In this document: piece after piece, positions 38,682-47,466 of the stretch
Numbering within the stretch: the stretch's first letter is position 1
Layout: every line of letters starts with the position of its first letter
Assembly: GCA_052139855.1 (NCBI GenBank)
Contig: JBKQVS010000178.1
Span: 1-59,576, forward strand
Direction of reading: 5' to 3'
Length of the DNA stretch: 59,576 nucleotides
Source of the DNA: Desulfobaccales bacterium
Lineage (GTDB): Bacteria > Desulfobacterota > Desulfobaccia > Desulfobaccales > 0-14-0-80-60-11
The notes under the pieces: model-generated
What the model was told of the DNA's origin: nothing
What the model saw: only the letters and a program-made list of their open reading frames with translations
Databases searched by the model: none
Program-made: the position numbers and the translations under genes

Positions 38682-39494
38682 ATGGCTGAAGATCCACCGG
38701 AAACGCTGTCTCTCTACCAGGAGGTTAACCAGGAAAGCCTGTCTCCGGACAGCAGCTTCAGGTTCCATTGCCATGTCGATTTGCCCTGCTTCAACCAGTG
38801 TTGCCATACCCCCACCATCATCCTGAGCCCCTATGACCTTCTGCGCCTCAAACAGGCTCTGGGGATCACTTCCGGGCAATTGCTGGAGCGTTACACCCGG
38901 CAGGAGATTGAACCGAGTTCGCATCTGCCCCTGGTCTGCATCGATACCCACCGGTCTGCGGAGGGCGGCTGCCCGTTCCTGGGGGCGCAGGGCTGCACGG
39001 TTTATCCTCATCGGCCAGCGGCCTGCCGCCTCTTTCCCCTCACCATGGGCAGCCGGCTCACTCCGGACGGGGTCGAGGACCATTACTTCTGCCGCCGGTT
39101 GGATTATTGCCAGGGATTCGATGGCGAGATGGAGTTTACGGTGGCAGCCTGGATGGCCCACCAGGGATTTTCCGAGTATGACCAGGGGCGCCGGCCCTGG
39201 ATCGAAATCCTGCTGAAAGCCGGGGTAGCGGAGCCGCTGGTGGTGGACGCCCAGATACAAGACCTTTTTGCCTCCCTGGCTTACGACCTGGACAGATTTC
39301 GCCGCCTGGTGGTTGATCCCGTCTTCCTTGAGGCTTACGGGCTTGAAGCCGGGGCCTTAGAGGACCTCAAGACAGACGACTTGGCCCTCCTCAACTTCAG
39401 TTACCGCTTGCTGCCCACCATCCTGACCGCGGAGGGGGCTCAAAAGCTGACCGCGGTGATCCGCCGGTCCAGCAGATTTTTCGAGACGGATTAA
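38682..39494 (+). CDS. YkgJ-family cysteine-cluster protein
   Basis: CFNQCC, CPFL...GCTVYPHRPAACRLFP. Confidence 0.85.
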   Translation: MAEDPPETLSLYQEVNQESLSPDSSFRFHCHVDLPCFNQCCHTPTIILSPYDLLRLKQALGITSGQLLERYTRQEIEPSSHLPLVCIDTHRSAEGGCPFLGAQGCTVYPHRPAACRLFPLTMGSRLTPDGVEDHYFCRRLDYCQGFDGEMEFTVAAWMAHQGFSEYDQGRRPWIEILLKAGVAEPLVVDAQIQDLFASLAYDLDRFRRLVVDPVFLEAYGLEAGALEDLKTDDLALLNFSYRLLPTILTAEGAQKLTAVIRRSSRFFETD

Positions 39495-39548
39495 ACCAGG
39501 GCATCAGGAATCCCTCAACCCATAAGGGAATTTCCAAACCTTATATTC

Positions 39549-39676
39549 TGTTATCCTGGACGAAGTGAAGAATCTCAACCCATTGAAAATGCGAGATTCT
39601 CCGCTACGCTCAGAATGACAATCAATGGTAGGGCGCGTTCCACGCGCCACTTGCTGGTGCGTAAGACGCACCCTAC
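39549..39676. repeat. Composite REP (TGTCATTCTGAG family plus GTAG family)
   Basis: 39549-39620 copy of 17163-17234; 39628-39676 GTAGGGCGCGTT..GGTGCGTAAGACGCACCCTAC; between convergent genes. Confidence 0.75.
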
Positions 39677-39707
39677 ATTTTTGCTTTGCGGTGGGAAGGG
39701 GGGAAAG

Positions 39708-40352
39708 TTAGGCCGGGGCCACGCCGTTGACACCGCCGTTGATCAGGCGCACCACGGCCATGTCGGGGAAATAGTCGATGACGTTGAGGCAGCCGTAGTT
39801 CTGGTCCAGGCGGAAGAGGTGGTCCAGGGGCAGCCCCAGGGCCTCGCTGAGGATGAGCCGGTTGACCCCGGCGTGGGCCACGATGAGGAAGGCTTCCTGA
39901 TGGTGTTGGGCGATGAGGTCATTGAGGCGGGGCAGGACCCGGGAACTGACGTCCAGGAGGCTTTCGCCGCCGGGAATGCGGAAGGTGGACAAGTCCCGAA
40001 AGCGGGCCTCGAGTTCGGCGGGGTAGCGTTCGGCGATTTCGGTGAAGCTGAGGCCTTCCCAGGCTCCGAAGTGGACCTCCCGGAACTCCGGGACGGCTTG
40101 GGGGGCAAGGTTACGGCCCCGGCTGATGATCTCGGCGCCGGTCAAGGCCCGGGTCAGGTCCGAGGCATAGATGCCGGCCAGGGGCACATTCGCAAGCCGG
40201 GCCGCCAAATCCTCCAGTTGGCGCACCCCGTCAGGAGAGAGGCCGATGTCGTTGTTGCCGTGATAGAGGTGGGTATGGCCGTCGGCCACCTGGCCGTGGC
40301 GCACCAGGTAGAGGCGGGTGGGGATCAGGGAACCCTTGGCGGCAGCGGCCAT
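39708..40352 (-). CDS. Histidine phosphatase (CobC/GpmB-like)
   Basis: LVRHG, SDLTRA, EVHFGAWEG, GGES, VAHAG. Confidence 0.88.
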   Translation of the reverse strand: MAAAAKGSLIPTRLYLVRHGQVADGHTHLYHGNNDIGLSPDGVRQLEDLAARLANVPLAGIYASDLTRALTGAEIISRGRNLAPQAVPEFREVHFGAWEGLSFTEIAERYPAELEARFRDLSTFRIPGGESLLDVSSRVLPRLNDLIAQHHQEAFLIVAHAGVNRLILSEALGLPLDHLFRLDQNYGCLNVIDYFPDMAVVRLINGGVNGVAPA

Positions 40353-40366
40353 GGAACTCACGCGCC

Positions 40367-41584
40367 TCAAGCCTCCAGGATGGCGTTGTTGGGGACCACG
40401 ACGATGCCGTCTGCGGTGAGGTGGAAGCGGGCGGCGTCCCATTGGGGGTCGTAGCCGATGGAAAAGCCGGCCGGCACCCGGACCTTATCTTCGATAATGG
40501 CCCGGCGGACCTTGGCCCGGGGGCCGATGGCCACCCCGTCCCAGAGGATGGCGTCTTCCACCACGGCGTCGGCTCCCACCCTGACCCCGGGGGAGAGAAT
40601 GGAGCGGGCCACGGTGCCTTCGATTATGCAGCCCGAGGCGATGAGGGAATCCTCCACGGTCACGGGTTTGCCGCCAGTAATGAATTTGCTGGGGGGCAGG
40701 AGCTGGGGCCGGGAGCGCATGGGCCACTCGGGATCGAACAGGTCGAAGGTGGGGGCAGCGCCCAGAAGATCCTGGTGGGCCTTGAAGTAGGCGTCCAACA
40801 GGCCGATATCCCGCCAGTAACGGGGGACGCCGCTGGCCGGGTCCTGGAAATTATAGGCGAAGACCTTTTTGCGGCCCACCATCTGGGGGATGATGTCGGC
40901 GCCGAAATCGTGCTTGCTGGTCTTTTTCTTGGCGTCTTTGATGACCTCCTCCACCAGGACGCTGGCGTTGAAGATATAGACCCCCATGGACACCAGGGAG
41001 AAGTCGGGGTTATCGGGCAGGCCCGGGGGATCTTTGGGCTTTTCCAGGAAATTCTCTACCTCGCCGGCGCCGTTCACCTTGAGGATGCCGAAGGAGCTGC
41101 CCTCGACCCGGGGAACCATGACCGCGGCCACGGTGAGATCGGCCCCCCGGCGCAGGTGAAAATCCAGCATCTCCCGGTAGTTCATCTTGTAGACGTGATC
41201 GCCGGAGAGGATCAAGACGTGCTTGGGGCGCTCGGCCTCCAGGAGGTTGAGGTTCTGGAAGATGGAGTCGGCGGTGCCCCGGTACCAGCGGCTCACCATG
41301 ATCTGCTGGGGCGGCATGGAGTAGATGAACTCGTCCAGGTCCGGGTGCATGATGTCCCAGGCCTGGCGCAGGTGCTGGTCCAAGGAAAAACTGCCGTACT
41401 GGGAGAGGACGTAGATGCGGCGGATACCCGAATTGAGGCAGTTGGACAGGGTGAAGTCGATGATGCGGTAGAGGCTGCCGAAGGTGATGACCGGTTTGGC
41501 CTTGTCCCGGGTGAGGGGGAAGAGGCGCTCGCCCTTGCCGCCGGCCATGATGATGGTGGTGAGGTTTTTCAGCGAGTCTATCAT
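40367..41584 (-). CDS. glgC: Glucose-1-phosphate adenylyltransferase
   Basis: AGGKGERL.PLT..AKP, YRGTADS, LSGDHVYKMNY, FLEKP, SMGVY, YWRDIG. Confidence 0.95.
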   Translation of the reverse strand: MIDSLKNLTTIIMAGGKGERLFPLTRDKAKPVITFGSLYRIIDFTLSNCLNSGIRRIYVLSQYGSFSLDQHLRQAWDIMHPDLDEFIYSMPPQQIMVSRWYRGTADSIFQNLNLLEAERPKHVLILSGDHVYKMNYREMLDFHLRRGADLTVAAVMVPRVEGSSFGILKVNGAGEVENFLEKPKDPPGLPDNPDFSLVSMGVYIFNASVLVEEVIKDAKKKTSKHDFGADIIPQMVGRKKVFAYNFQDPASGVPRYWRDIGLLDAYFKAHQDLLGAAPTFDLFDPEWPMRSRPQLLPPSKFITGGKPVTVEDSLIASGCIIEGTVARSILSPGVRVGADAVVEDAILWDGVAIGPRAKVRRAIIEDKVRVPAGFSIGYDPQWDAARFHLTADGIVVVPNNAILEA

Positions 41585-41937
41585 CGATTGATCAACTCTT
41601 TGACCTTGGCTTTGAGTTCGGTGAGATCGGAAGACTTGACGACATAGGCGTCGGCGGCCCAGCTCATGAAGCTTTCCTGATACTGGGTGTAGGCGGTGTT
41701 CAGGATCACCGGCAGGCTTTCTTTGAGCCCGAGGATGCGGGGCAGGGCCTCCAGGCCGTCCATGCCGGGCATGCGGATGTCCAAAATGACCAGGTCCAGG
41801 GGTTCGGATTCCACCATCTTCAGGGCATCACGGGCGTTGGTGGCGATCAATACTTTATAGCCCTCGTCTTCCAACTCCTCTTGCAAAAGAGTCCGGATCG
41901 ACTCGTCGTCATCCACCACCAGGATCGTCTTCATCAA
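41581..41937 (-). CDS. Single-domain response regulator
   Basis: LVVDDD, LDIRMPGMDG, TA, VVKS. Confidence 0.92.
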   Translation of the reverse strand: MMKTILVVDDDESIRTLLQEELEDEGYKVLIATNARDALKMVESEPLDLVILDIRMPGMDGLEALPRILGLKESLPVILNTAYTQYQESFMSWAADAYVVKSSDLTELKAKVKELINR

Positions 41938-42025
41938 CGCCTCTCTGCACGCGCACTTTGCTTTTTATAGTAAGTCTTCTTGGGGCCGGGGGCAACGGCG
42001 AGGCCGAAAATTCCCGGCGTACCGC

Positions 42026-42658
42026 TCAGGACCCCTCGGGCGGCTGCCAGTAGGCCTCCCCCAGGAAGAGGGGCAACTCGGCCACGCAGATGGGGCCCAC
42101 CCGGATATCCCAGCCGGTGTAGGCAGCCAGTTCCTCTTTGAGGGGAGCGACGACCCCGGGGATTATGAGCTGCCGGCGGCCGAGCTTGTCGGCCAGGCGG
42201 TGAGCCTCAAGCCCCTGGTCCAGACGCTGGGGGGTGAAGCTGCGGTAGACCATGGACATGTCCACCGTGTCCCCTCGGGTGTCCACCAGGAGCAGAAAAA
42301 AGGGGCTGACGGTCAGGGCCAGGAGCCCGGTGACCACCGCCAGGGTAAATTCGCTGTTGCCGGTGACCAGCAGGGGCGAGTCGGGCCCGGGCTCGTTGAT
42401 CTCGAAGAGATCCGGCGGCACCGGCCGGGGCAGCTCCAGAGACTGGACCACGGGCAGGACTTCCAGGGCGCGGACCGCCAAGGACAGGGCCTGGCGCCGG
42501 GCGGGGGAAAGAGTTAGGCAGTCCTCGGGCGTCAGGCTGCCGTCCTTAAGGCGGGCCGCCACCCGGGCGCAATCGGGGGCCCCCAGGTCCCGGCATTCCG
42601 CCGGGGTCAGGTAGGGGGCAATTTCGATTCGGTCCACATAGAGATTCGCTTTCAGCAT
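42026..42658 (-). CDS. Small protein with degenerate Fe-S domain plus CFeSP (AcsC/CdhE)-type corrinoid-binding domain
   Basis: SPLLVTGN, LLVDTRG, LIIPG, GWDIRVGP as in the AcsC C-terminal domain; N-terminal ECRDLGAPDC...EDC; GGGAG SD. Confidence 0.75.
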   Translation of the reverse strand: MLKANLYVDRIEIAPYLTPAECRDLGAPDCARVAARLKDGSLTPEDCLTLSPARRQALSLAVRALEVLPVVQSLELPRPVPPDLFEINEPGPDSPLLVTGNSEFTLAVVTGLLALTVSPFFLLLVDTRGDTVDMSMVYRSFTPQRLDQGLEAHRLADKLGRRQLIIPGVVAPLKEELAAYTGWDIRVGPICVAELPLFLGEAYWQPPEGS

Positions 42659-43019
42659 GGTGACTCCCGCCTGGATCAGCCTTCATCTAACCTAACAAGA
42701 ATAGCGTCCCCGGTCAACGCCTTAGGGGGGCGCAGCCGGAGAAAAACCGGCCGAGCCCGGGTTGGCCCCGGCCAGGCGATGCGGCTGGAGAGGTTGGGCC
42801 GGTTGCGAACGGAGCAGAATCCGTTCACCGGGGGCTTGGTAAACTTGTAGCGGGAGGAAATTATCTCGACCCAAAATTATGCTATCATGCCTCTCACCAG
42901 AAGGTGGGCCCTGGAGGCAGACGTCGTTCTGAGATGTCTCCGGGCGGAAAGAGCTCATAAAAACTTGTTCTCCCAAATCAGCCAGGTCTGACGGGTAATT
43001 TCGGATTGAGCGGATAACA

Positions 43020-43289
43020 ATGCTTAACAATATCTTCTTTACTCTGGTGTTTTTTGTTTTAGATCATTTCCTCATATTGTTAGTTTTGAGCTTAATAAGT
43101 TTGATAGCAATAAAGTATTTTTACAAAGTCTGGCATGATATCTTGCGGGCACCGAATATGAGATATCTGTCCCTCATCATCTCAATATTATTAGTAGTTT
43201 TGCTCATGCTGTTTATTGTAAGTGTCATGTATATTATGACGATCATCATTATATATTTGCCTGAATTACGCAAGTTAATGGGTAAATAG
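43020..43289 (+). CDS. AT-rich small membrane protein (89 aa)
   Basis: Uninterrupted ORF in a roughly 30% GC patch, two long hydrophobic stretches; no clear SD. Confidence 0.45.
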   Translation: MLNNIFFTLVFFVLDHFLILLVLSLISLIAIKYFYKVWHDILRAPNMRYLSLIISILLVVLLMLFIVSVMYIMTIIIIYLPELRKLMGK

Positions 43290-43538
43290 GGGGAGAATTG
43301 AATTGTTTTTTTAATGGCTTTTTGGGGGCGGAGAGGGACTAAGCCGACAATTTCTTTAGGGTTCTGATTAACGAATTACTTGATACTCACGCCTTTTTCG
43401 TGCCAGGCAGGATTATTTTCCCCGCAACCTCGGGGCGGTTACCCGGGGTTGGGACCCCGATTAGGCCGTGGAATTCTGTAACAGACGCCTCTTGCCCCGG
43501 ATGGCACCCGGGGACTTTGGCGGGCGCGCCGAAATCGC

Positions 43539-43567
43539 TTGATTTTCTCAGTAACTTGGGGTATAAA
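43539..43567 (+). promoter_or_regulatory. Sigma70-type promoter upstream of hisC-cmk-rpsA
   Basis: TTGATT - N17 - TATAAA. Confidence 0.6.
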
Positions 43568-43812
43568 AGTAATGTTAATTCACAAATCGGATAAATTCAG
43601 ACACCAAAGGAGTTGGGCCCAAGAGTAACCGGTGTAAATCAAAGCTGAAATAGGGTAAAGGAGACAAACCCGCCGGAGACCCAGGCAGTCGCGGCGAGGG
43701 AGTCTGGCCTGAAATTTCCATCAACCTAGCCTCTGCTTTCGCAGTCCTCTTTTCTCTTTTTCCCTTTACCCAAGCCTCCCCGGGATCCGGAAACACTTGG
43801 TAATCACTTTAT

Positions 43813-44928
43813 ATGGCAGCCAGCGTCCCTTTTACCACTCTCGTCTTGCCCCACCTCACCCAACTCACGCCCTATCAGGCCGGCAAACCTCTGGAAGAAC
43901 TGGAACGAGAACTGGGACTCAGCGATGCCATCAAGCTGGCATCCAATGAAAATCCCCTGGGGCCATCTCCCCTGGCCCTGGCCGCCATCCGGGACGGCCT
44001 GGGGAGCCTGCACCGCTACCCCGACAGCCACGCCTATTACCTCAAGGAAGATCTGGCCCGGCATCACGGTTTATCGCCTGCGCAGTTAATCCTGGGCAAC
44101 GGCTCCGATGAAGTCCTGGACCTGCTGGTGCGGGCCCTGGTGCCGCCGGGGGGCGAGGTGCTGAGCACCACCCACACCTTTTTGATGTACGGCCTTCTGA
44201 CGCATGCGGTGGGCGGGGTGTTCCGCCCGGTGCCGTTAAAAGAGATGCGGGTGGACCTTAAGGCCATGGCCCAGGCGGTCACGCCCCAAACCCGGCTGAT
44301 CATCCTGTGCAACCCCAACAATCCCACCGGCACCGCGTTGGTCCGCCAGGAATGGGAAGACTTTCTGGCGGCGGTGACCGCCACCGCCACCGTGGTCCTG
44401 GATGAGGCTTATATTGACTTTGCCGATGACCCCCGGGTGCCGTCCTGCCTGGAATATCTGGCGGAAGACCGCCCCCTGGTGGGGTTGCGCACCTTTTCCA
44501 AGGTCTATGGGCTGGCGGGCCTGCGCATGGGCTACGGCTTCGGCCCCAGCGAACTGATGGACTACCTCAACCGGCTGCGGATGCCGTTCAACGTCAACCG
44601 CCTGGCCCAGGTGGCGGCCCGGGCGGCGCTCAACGATACCGACTTTCTGGCTCGAACCCGGGATTTGGTGCTGGCCGGCAAAGACCTGCTCTACCGGGAA
44701 CTGGGGCGCCTGGGCCTGACGTTTGTGCCCAGCCAGGCCAATTTCGTGCTCATCCGGGTTCCCCGGCCGGGAAAAGAAGTCTATGAGGCCATGCTGCGGT
44801 TAGGGGTCATCATCCGGGCCATGGACGCCTACGGTTTTCCCGATTATATCCGGGTCAATATGGGACTGCCGGAGGAAAACCGGCGGTTCCTGGAAGCTTT
44901 AGAAAAGGTACTGAGGTCGGGCACCTGA
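43813..44928 (+). CDS. hisC: Histidinol-phosphate aminotransferase
   Basis: KLASNENP, GNGSDE, CNPNNPTG, DEAY, RTFSKVYGLAGLR.GY. Confidence 0.93.
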   Translation: MAASVPFTTLVLPHLTQLTPYQAGKPLEELERELGLSDAIKLASNENPLGPSPLALAAIRDGLGSLHRYPDSHAYYLKEDLARHHGLSPAQLILGNGSDEVLDLLVRALVPPGGEVLSTTHTFLMYGLLTHAVGGVFRPVPLKEMRVDLKAMAQAVTPQTRLIILCNPNNPTGTALVRQEWEDFLAAVTATATVVLDEAYIDFADDPRVPSCLEYLAEDRPLVGLRTFSKVYGLAGLRMGYGFGPSELMDYLNRLRMPFNVNRLAQVAARAALNDTDFLARTRDLVLAGKDLLYRELGRLGLTFVPSQANFVLIRVPRPGKEVYEAMLRLGVIIRAMDAYGFPDYIRVNMGLPEENRRFLEALEKVLRSGT

Positions 44929-47460
44929 GTGGGCCCCCGGGGAATCATCACCATAGACGGTCCGGCCGGGGCCGGTAAAAGCACGGTGGGCCGCCTCTTG
45001 GCCCAATCCCTGGGTTACCTTTACCTGGACAGCGGCGCCCTGTATCGGGCCGTGGCCTGGCAGGCACTGCAACTGGGCCTGGACCTGGACCGCGACTCGA
45101 CCCTGGAAGATTTTCTGGCGGACTTTGCCCCGGAGGTGACTGCCGATTGCCGGGGATTTCACCTGGTGATCGACGGCGCCGAGGTGGGCGAGGAACTCAG
45201 GTCGCCGATGGTGACCCGGGAGTCCTCCCGGCTGGCGGCGCTGCCCCTGGTGCGCCGGTGGGTTAAAGACCGGCTGCGGCACCTGGCTAAAGACGGCGGA
45301 GTGGTGGCCGAAGGCCGGGACCAGGGCACCGCGGTCTTTCCCGGGGCCACCCATAAATTCTATCTCTCGGCGGCCCTGGCCACCCGGGCGGAGCGCCGGC
45401 GCCGGGAGTGGCGGGGGGAGGGCGAACCGCCCTCTCTGGTTAATACGATGGCGGATATCGCCGCCCGGGACCTCAGGGACGAAACCCGGGATGAAGCGCC
45501 GTTGTGCGTCCCTGCGGACGCGGGCGTCATCGACACCACCGATTTGAGCATTGAAGCAGTGTTACAGCAGTGCCTGGCCAGGATCAGGGGTATTGACCCG
45601 GCCGGTTGGAACCTAAACCCAGTAAACTTGTCTAAGGGGGCTCACATGGACGGTATGGAAAAAAATGAACTGACCAACCACACCCAGCCGGAAGAATTGG
45701 AAGAAGACCGGCCGCAGACCATAGAGGTCGCAGCTTCGGAGCCAGCGTCCCCATCTACGGCGGAACCCGCCGCGGAGATGCAGGATATGGAGTCCATGAG
45801 CGAACTCTACGAAGAGAGCTTGAGGCGAGTCCAGGAAGGGGAAGTCGTCAAAGGCCGCATCGTGTCCATCACCAAGGATTACGTCATGGTGGACATCGGC
45901 TACAAGTCCGAAGGCCAGATCCCCATCCACGAATTCACCACCCCCGAGGGGGAAGTCACCGCGAAGGTGGGGGAGGATGTGGAAGCCCTGATGGAGAGCC
46001 GGGAAGATGAAGAAGGCGCGCTGATGCTCTCCAAGAATAAAGCCTCCAAGATCAAGGTGTGGGAAGAGGTCGGTTCGGCCTACAACGACGATGGGGAAGT
46101 GGAGGGCACCATCGTGGCCAAGGTCAAGGGGGGCCTCTCCGTGGACCTGGGAGGCATTATCGCTTTCCTGCCCGGCTCCCAGGTTGACCTGTCGCCCATG
46201 CGCCATACCGACCATCTGATTGGCCAGCGTTATGCTTTCAAGGTCTTGAAATTCAACCGCAAACGGCGCAACGTGGTCCTGTCCCGGCGAGCATTGCTGG
46301 AGAAGGAGAGAAACGAAGCCAAAACCACCCTCCTGTCCTCTCTGGAAGAGGGCAAGATTGTGGAAGGGGTGGTCAAAAATATCACCGACTACGGTATCTT
46401 CGTGGACCTGGGCGGTTTGGACGGGCTGCTGCACATCACCGACCTCTCTTATGGCCGGGTGCGCCATCCGGCCGACCTCTTTAAGGTAGGGGATGTCATT
46501 ACGGTCAAGGTCCTGAGTTTCGATCTGGAAAAAGAGCGCATCTCTTTGGGGCTGAAACAACTCACTCCGGATCCCTGGAGCGTGGTGGATGAGAAATTCC
46601 CCCTGGGCAACCGGGTGACCGGCAACGTAGTCAGCCTCACGGATTACGGCGCGTTTGTGGAACTGGAGCCGGGAGTGGAAGGGCTGATCCACATCTCGGA
46701 GATGTCCTGGACCCGGAAGGTGCGCCATCCTTCCCAGGTGCTGAGCGTGGGCGACGTGGTGGAAGCCACCGTCCTGGAGGTGGAGCCCCAACGGAAACGC
46801 ATCTCCCTGAGCCTGAAACAGGTGGAGCCCAATCCCTGGGAAGTCATCGGGGAAAAATACCCGGTAGGCTCGGTAATAGAAGGCAAAATCAAGAACATCA
46901 CCGACTTCGGCATCTTCATCGGCATCGATGAAGGCATCGACGGCCTGGTGCACATCTCGGACATTTCCTGGACTAAGCGTTTCAAGCACCCCTCGGAGTT
47001 ATTCAAGAAGGGCCAGGTGATCCAGGCCAAGGTCCTCTACATCGACAAAGACAATGAGCGCTTCTCCCTGAGTATCAAGGATCTGGCCGACAACCCCTGG
47101 CAGAGCATCGACGATCGTTTCCCCATGGGTTCCATAGTCTCCGGCCCCATCACGAACATCACCGACTTCGGCCTCTTCGTCGAGGTGGAGGAAGGCATCG
47201 AGGGCCTCATCCACATCTCAGAGCAGAGCCGGGATAAGCAGAAAATGGCGGCCCTCAAGGTGGGGGACGTGATCCGGGCCAAGGTGATCCACGCCTCGCC
47301 CACGGAACGCCGCATCGGCTTGAGCATCCGGAAACTGGAGACCGACGAGGAGCAGTCCCACTACCGGGATTACCTCCACTCCCGCACCGAAGCCACCTCC
47401 AATCTGGGGGATATCCTCCGGGAGACCCTGGAAGAAAAGCAGGGCAAGGACAACGGCTAA
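44929..47460 (+). CDS. cmk-rpsA: In-frame cytidylate kinase - ribosomal protein S1 ORF (internal S1 start at 45646)
   Basis: IDGPAGAGKST, DSGALYRAVA, EGRDQGT; then repeated S1 domains (DYGIFVDLGG, EGLIHISE); no stop between the two; AAGGGGG SD before ATG 45646. Confidence 0.9.
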   Translation: MGPRGIITIDGPAGAGKSTVGRLLAQSLGYLYLDSGALYRAVAWQALQLGLDLDRDSTLEDFLADFAPEVTADCRGFHLVIDGAEVGEELRSPMVTRESSRLAALPLVRRWVKDRLRHLAKDGGVVAEGRDQGTAVFPGATHKFYLSAALATRAERRRREWRGEGEPPSLVNTMADIAARDLRDETRDEAPLCVPADAGVIDTTDLSIEAVLQQCLARIRGIDPAGWNLNPVNLSKGAHMDGMEKNELTNHTQPEELEEDRPQTIEVAASEPASPSTAEPAAEMQDMESMSELYEESLRRVQEGEVVKGRIVSITKDYVMVDIGYKSEGQIPIHEFTTPEGEVTAKVGEDVEALMESREDEEGALMLSKNKASKIKVWEEVGSAYNDDGEVEGTIVAKVKGGLSVDLGGIIAFLPGSQVDLSPMRHTDHLIGQRYAFKVLKFNRKRRNVVLSRRALLEKERNEAKTTLLSSLEEGKIVEGVVKNITDYGIFVDLGGLDGLLHITDLSYGRVRHPADLFKVGDVITVKVLSFDLEKERISLGLKQLTPDPWSVVDEKFPLGNRVTGNVVSLTDYGAFVELEPGVEGLIHISEMSWTRKVRHPSQVLSVGDVVEATVLEVEPQRKRISLSLKQVEPNPWEVIGEKYPVGSVIEGKIKNITDFGIFIGIDEGIDGLVHISDISWTKRFKHPSELFKKGQVIQAKVLYIDKDNERFSLSIKDLADNPWQSIDDRFPMGSIVSGPITNITDFGLFVEVEEGIEGLIHISEQSRDKQKMAALKVGDVIRAKVIHASPTERRIGLSIRKLETDEEQSHYRDYLHSRTEATSNLGDILRETLEEKQGKDNG

Positions 47461-47466
47461 GACACC

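Noticed and set aside
42026-42658. hgcA mercury methylase call
   Set aside because: No N(V/I)WCAAGK cap helix, no C-terminal TM helices, no adjacent hgcB
43007-43021. 15-nt match to the lac operator (TGAGCGGATAACAAT)
   Set aside because: Flanks do not continue into lacO or vector sequence, the left half-site is incomplete and there is no lacI-type gene nearby; treated as chance
43574-43812. T-box, His attenuator or 6S RNA before hisC
   Set aside because: No GGTGGNACC motif, no His-codon leader peptide, and 5' and 3' ends do not pair as in 6S
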